Below are positions 59,793-64,000 of a DNA stretch of 64,000 nt, in pieces (position 1 is the stretch's first letter; each line of letters begins with the position of its first letter). The notes below the pieces were generated by a model that saw only the letters and a program-made list of their open reading frames with translations, had not been told where the DNA came from and did not search any database. The translations under genes and the position numbers were made by a program. This stretch comes from an uncultured delta proteobacterium (GTDB lineage Bacteria > Desulfobacterota > RBG-13-43-22), in the NCBI GenBank assembly GCA_963743305.1, contig CAVUPH010000012.1, positions 32,001 to 96,000 of the forward strand, read 5' to 3'.

Positions 59793-60197
59793 TCAGTCAG
59801 CAATCAGGTTGAATTCCAGGACTTGGATCTCTCCCGGGTCGAGGGAACCTTTAACCGGATACGGACTCAAGCGGACTTTGGTTCCGATGAGTCCCATATC
59901 TGCCGTTTCCGGGTCTCTATCCACAATCAACCCCATCACCCAGGGTCCCTGTTCCAGCTCGACCAGGGCAAGAACATAGGGGGGTTGTTTCCCTTCCGGG
60001 GCTACCCGGATGACCGTGAAGGTGCGGATCGCGCCCTCCCCTTTAATCTCCGCCGGAAACAAGTTTGGCCCTCGGCAGTTTCGGCAGACTGCTTGAGGGG
60101 GAACGGTGTAGGTCCCGCAGGATGGGCAGTGCAACCCCAATAATTTTCCCTCCCTCAGGCCCTGCTGGTATTGCTCAAATGTTAAGGGATATTCCAT
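59793..60197 (-). CDS. DUF35 Zn-ribbon/OB-fold thiolase partner
   Basis: CPSC..PP..CRNC and PYVLALVEL. Confidence 0.9.
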   Translation of the reverse strand: MEYPLTFEQYQQGLREGKLLGLHCPSCGTYTVPPQAVCRNCRGPNLFPAEIKGEGAIRTFTVIRVAPEGKQPPYVLALVELEQGPWVMGLIVDRDPETADMGLIGTKVRLSPYPVKGSLDPGEIQVLEFNLIAD

Positions 60198-60199
60198 CT

Positions 60200-61366
60200 T
60201 CAACTCCTGAGAATGAGGTTGCAGACTGTTCCAAAATCTCCGCCCAGGGTGTCCACCAACCCCACCCGGGCTCCAGCCACCTGGCGGGCGCCACTTTCCC
60301 CGCGCAGTTGTTCTACGATCTCCACCACCTGGGCCGCGCCGGTGGCCCCAATCGGATGCCCCTTGGCCTTGAGTCCCCCCGATGGATTAACCACCACCCG
60401 GCCCTTGAAGGTCGTTTCCCCTTTAGCCGCCGAGTCATGGGCTTGTCCGAAATCGTAAAAACCCAAACCCTCCAAGGCCAGGATTTCGGCGATGGTAAAA
60501 CAATCGTGGAGTTCCACCACATCGATATCCCGGGGAGTCAGTCCTGACTGCTCATAGGCGGCCTGAACCGAGGTCTCCCGGGCCTTGACCCGAGTCAGGT
60601 CCTGCTGGCGGTATAATGGTCCGGCCGAGGCCTGGCCCATCCCGACGATATAAACGGGTTTTTTCGTCAGCTTGCGGGCCGTCCCGGCCTCCGCGATGAC
60701 CACCGCCGCCGCGCCGTCAGAAAAAGGGCAGCAATCCAACAACTGCAGGGGATCGGCCACCATCATTCCGGTCAGCACCGTTTCCGCCTGAATTATTTTC
60801 TGAAAATGGGCTTTGGGATTCAGGAATCCGTGGGAATGATTTTTGACCGCCACCTCTGCCATGTTCCTCTTTAGAACCTCCAGGGGGATACCATACTTGT
60901 GGGCGTACAGATGGGTAGCCATGGCAAAGACCCCTGGGAAAGTCAGCCCCACCGCCGACTCGTACTGGGCCTGGCAAGCCATGGCGAAGGTCCGGGTGGC
61001 CAGAGGCGTGCCCATTCGGGCGGCCCGTTCGGTACCCCCGGCCAGGACCAGGTCGTAAACCCCGGAGGCCACCAGCAGGGCCGCATGGCGTATGGCCACT
61101 GTGGCCGTGGCACAGGCCGATTCGAAACGGGTGGCCGGGGCCGATACGGGCAGGCCGAGCTCCGCGTGGGCAAAGGGCGCCATATGCAGTTGTCCCTCCT
61201 CAAAATCACCCAGACAGTTGCCGAAAAACAGGGCCTGCAGCGCCTTGGGTTCCAGGTTGGATTGTCCAATAGCCTCCAGGCCCGCTTCGGCAAACATCTC
61301 CAGGTTGCTCTTTCGGGAAATGCCGAATTTGGTCATCGCCGCCCCCACTACCGCAACCTCCCTCAT
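60200..61366 (-). CDS. SCP2-type thiolase-family protein
   Basis: ESACAT, ELHDCF and NPSGGLKAKGHPIGATG. Confidence 0.92.
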   Translation of the reverse strand: MREVAVVGAAMTKFGISRKSNLEMFAEAGLEAIGQSNLEPKALQALFFGNCLGDFEEGQLHMAPFAHAELGLPVSAPATRFESACATATVAIRHAALLVASGVYDLVLAGGTERAARMGTPLATRTFAMACQAQYESAVGLTFPGVFAMATHLYAHKYGIPLEVLKRNMAEVAVKNHSHGFLNPKAHFQKIIQAETVLTGMMVADPLQLLDCCPFSDGAAAVVIAEAGTARKLTKKPVYIVGMGQASAGPLYRQQDLTRVKARETSVQAAYEQSGLTPRDIDVVELHDCFTIAEILALEGLGFYDFGQAHDSAAKGETTFKGRVVVNPSGGLKAKGHPIGATGAAQVVEIVEQLRGESGARQVAGARVGLVDTLGGDFGTVCNLILRS

Positions 61367-61421
61367 GCACGCCTCCTATTCACAGTTCCTTCGTCCGGTA
61401 TTCAACATCCTACAACCGGCC

Positions 61422-62189
61422 TTACTTCGCCCCCATCCTCAATCCGCCGTCCAAACGGATCACTTCCCCATTCAAGAGGGGGTTTTCAATGATCTGGGCC
61501 GCCAGCATGGCGAATTCCACCGGCCGTCCCAGACGTTTCGGAAAAAGCGTCATATTGACCAGGGACTCATAGACTTGAGGAGACATGCCGGCCATCATGG
61601 GGGTTTCAAACAACCCGGGGGCAATCGTCACGATTCGAATCCCATAGTTGGCGAACTCCCTGGCAATAGGCAGGGTCATACCGGCCACCCCGGCCTTGGA
61701 GGCGGCGTAAGCCGCCTGACCGAACTGGCCTTCAAAGGCCGCGACGGAAGAGGTATTGACCATCACGCCCTTTTCACCGTCCTCGTTAGGTTGATTTTTA
61801 TTGATCTGTTCGGCGGCCAGGAGGATCACGTTCATGGTGCCGATCAGGTTGATTTGAATTACCTGATTGAACCGGGCGATGTCCATCGGCCCCTCTTTTC
61901 CCAGCACCCTGCCGGGAGTGGCCACACCGGCACAGTTCACCACGAAATGGATAGCACCGAAAACCTCCATGGTTTTGAAAATGGCCTCCTTCACGCTGGC
62001 CTCATCCGTCACATCGGTTTTACAGAACAGTGCATCTCCACCTAAATCAGAAGCTACTTTTTCCCCCCGATCCTGGGCAAAATCCAGGATCGACGCCTTG
62101 GCCCCTCTCCTCATTAAAAAGCGCACCGTGGCCTCCCCCAAACCGGAAGCCCCGCCGCTGACCACGGCTACCCCACCCTTAATCTCCAT
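61422..62189 (-). CDS. SDR 3-hydroxyacyl-CoA dehydrogenase (HSD17B10-like)
   Basis: GGASGLG, NCAG, YAASK and RLDGGLRM. Confidence 0.92.
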   Translation of the reverse strand: MEIKGGVAVVSGGASGLGEATVRFLMRRGAKASILDFAQDRGEKVASDLGGDALFCKTDVTDEASVKEAIFKTMEVFGAIHFVVNCAGVATPGRVLGKEGPMDIARFNQVIQINLIGTMNVILLAAEQINKNQPNEDGEKGVMVNTSSVAAFEGQFGQAAYAASKAGVAGMTLPIAREFANYGIRIVTIAPGLFETPMMAGMSPQVYESLVNMTLFPKRLGRPVEFAMLAAQIIENPLLNGEVIRLDGGLRMGAK

Positions 62190-62247
62190 CTTCTTCCCCC
62201 TCTTTCTAATTAAGAAATTTTATTAAAGGACAGATTTCAATAAGCGG

Positions 62248-63235
62248 TTAAAAACGAAAAAGGGAGGCCCCCCAGGTAAAACCGGCCCCAAAGGAGGTAG
62301 TCAGAACCAGGTCGCCTCGTTTGATCCGATCGGAGCGGACCCCTTCATCCAGGGCCGTGGGAATGGTGGCCGCCGAGGTGTTGCCGTACTTCTGAACGGT
62401 CAGGATCACTTTTTCCAGGGGAACTTCCATCAGCTTGGCCACGGCCTCGATGATCCGAAGATTGGCCTGGTGGGGAATAAACCAATCGATCTGCCGGCCG
62501 GAGCATTCCACCCTCTTCCAGGGCGGCTTTCGAGGCTTCCGCCATGGAACGGACGGCATGTTTGAAGACCTCATTGCCCTTCATCTTAACGTATTGGAGT
62601 CGCCGGTCGATCATCTCATGGGTCGGCGGGTTGAGCGAGCCGCCACCGGGGACATTCAGGAGTCCCCAAAGGTCGCCATCGGAATAGATCCGGGTGGAGA
62701 GGAGTTCTCCCTCCCCTTTTCGGGTGTGCTGCCCCAGAACGACCGCTCCAGCCCCGTCTCCAAAAAGCACGCAAGTATTTCGATCCTCAAAATCGGTTCG
62801 GTGCGAGACGATCTCCCCCCCCACCACTAAGACTCGTTGATGGGATCCGTCCTGCATAAACTTCTGGGCCACGGCCAGCCCGTATATAAATCCCGGGCAA
62901 GCGGCATTGATATCAAAAGCCACGGCCTTTTTGGCCCCGAGCCGGTGTTGGACTATGCAGCCCGCGGAAGGAGAGGGCATATCCGCCGTGGAGGTGCCGA
63001 TAATAATCAGGTCCAGTTCCTTCGGGAAAACGCCCGCCATTTCCAGGGCTTTTTCCGCGGCCGGGACCGCGAGATCGCTCAGGGCCTGCCCGGGCAGAAC
63101 CATCCTTCGTTCTTTAATTCCGGTCCGACTGACGATCCATTCGTTGGAGGTATTTACCAGGCCTTCGAAATAAGCGTTGGGGACGACCCGTTCGGGAATA
63201 AAGGATCCTGTCCCCAAAATGCGCACTTTCTTCAA
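62248..63235 (-). CDS. fabH: 3-oxoacyl-ACP synthase III, one +1 frameshift at about 62505-62513
   Basis: [27 protein letters not shown] and GNTSAA. Confidence 0.9.
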
Positions 63236-63330
63236 TTGAATATCTTTCCCCCAATCGTCTTTGATGCTTTGAGAACTATTATCATTTGAAAAACTATTTA
63301 TCAAATTATTTTTTTAAGCAAATAAACCCT

Positions 63331-63360
63331 TTGACAGGGATCCTCCCGGGTTGCTAGATT
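63331..63360 (+). promoter_or_regulatory. Putative sigma70 promoter for the VOC gene
   Basis: TTGACA-N18-TAGATT with a TGn extension. Confidence 0.5.
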
Positions 63361-63403
63361 TAGCCCTCAGGCGGAAATTTTAATGGGAATCGGAGGGGAT
63401 CGT

Positions 63404-63814
63404 ATGACTTGTCATTTACACCATACCCATTTATTTGCTTCGGACCTAAACAAAACTATCCAATTTTATTCGGAATATTTTGACGGTCGGGTGGTGATGG
63501 ACCTGGAGATGGCGGGATCCAGAAATGTTTTCCTGAGCATCGGTCGGGGGAGGCTTCACTTTTATGACCAGGCCCCGAAGAATCCAGTCCGGGGGAATAT
63601 CCACCACATTGGTATTCAAACCGACAACCTGGAGGAGATGGTCAAAAAACTCGCCGCCGGGGGGGTGCCCTTAAAGAAAGGGATAACGGACTTTGGATTC
63701 TGGAAATACATCACGGTCCTGGCGCCGGACAACGTCCTGATTGAACTTTTTCAGGTCGACCAAACCCAGTTGTCGAAAGAACAGAGCGCCTATTTTAATC
63801 AGGACCATCCTTAA
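63404..63814 (+). CDS. VOC (glyoxalase-like) family protein
   Basis: LHHTHL, IHHIGI and PDNVLIELF. Confidence 0.88.
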   Translation: MTCHLHHTHLFASDLNKTIQFYSEYFDGRVVMDLEMAGSRNVFLSIGRGRLHFYDQAPKNPVRGNIHHIGIQTDNLEEMVKKLAAGGVPLKKGITDFGFWKYITVLAPDNVLIELFQVDQTQLSKEQSAYFNQDHP

Positions 63815-63829
63815 AGGCCGTCGGCCTGG

Positions 63830-64000
63830 TCATAGCGCCGACAGGTCCGCCTTCATCTGTTGATGTATCCGCCCGCGATATTCGTGTAGACGACCCGCGG
63901 GCCGCCAGCCGACCTGGACGAAAAAGGGGATGTTTTCTTCCTGAATCCGGGCGGTAAAGGCCGTGCAGCCTTTACTTTTCACAAAACGCATGGCTTCCCT
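63830..64000 (-). CDS. C-terminal part of a GNAT acetyltransferase (MSMEG_0567/Sll0786-like); its start lies beyond the window
   Basis: Not in the ORF track. Hand translation: REAMRFVKSKGCTAFTARIQEENIPFFVQVGWRPAGRLHEYRGRIHQQMKADLSAL*. Confidence 0.65.
   Translation of the reverse strand, partial: REAMRFVKSKGCTAFTARIQEENIPFFVQVGWRPAGRLHEYRGRIHQQMKADLSAL

Noticed and set aside
59793-62189. Thiolase-DUF35-SDR as a novel system
   Set aside because: This is a common, well-described beta-oxidation-type module.

Overview
Gene-dense chromosomal segment, most consistent with an anaerobic Desulfobacterota/deltaproteobacterium (inferred from gene content, not from a marker gene). No rRNA, tRNA, CRISPR array or intact transposase was seen. 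In order, the window holds: the end of a glycan cluster (GT4, GT2, WecA, ligase); an archaeal-type homocysteine synthase pair; murI; HDAC-gatC-gatA; the tilS-ftsH-folP-cdaA-cdaR-glmM-coaX cluster, ending in a selenoprotein the ORF track truncates (in-frame UGA plus SECIS-like hairpin); small Cys-rich genes; ilvE plus a B3/4 protein; a YkgJ pair; LarA plus a Liv-type ABC transporter; an aminosugar-lipid operon; yedF; a sigma54-driven usp-Na/Pi unit; a glutaryl-CoA degradation cluster; a three-gene secreted-protein island; and fabH-SDR-thiolase-DUF35. Main leads: (1) two tandem secreted papain proteases, each carrying its own chagasin-type inhibitor domain and sharing a Chloroflexi-like (Y/F)xP(L/V)V motif with a convergent secreted neighbour; (2) the selenoprotein; (3) a Met-rich upstream ORF before the homocysteine synthase; (4) several enzymes with altered catalytic residues; (5) MITE/REP-like repeats, one of which appears to supply a ribosome-binding site. 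Seven +1 frameshifts in six genes look like sequencing errors. Family assignments come from motif recognition and memory; no database search was run.
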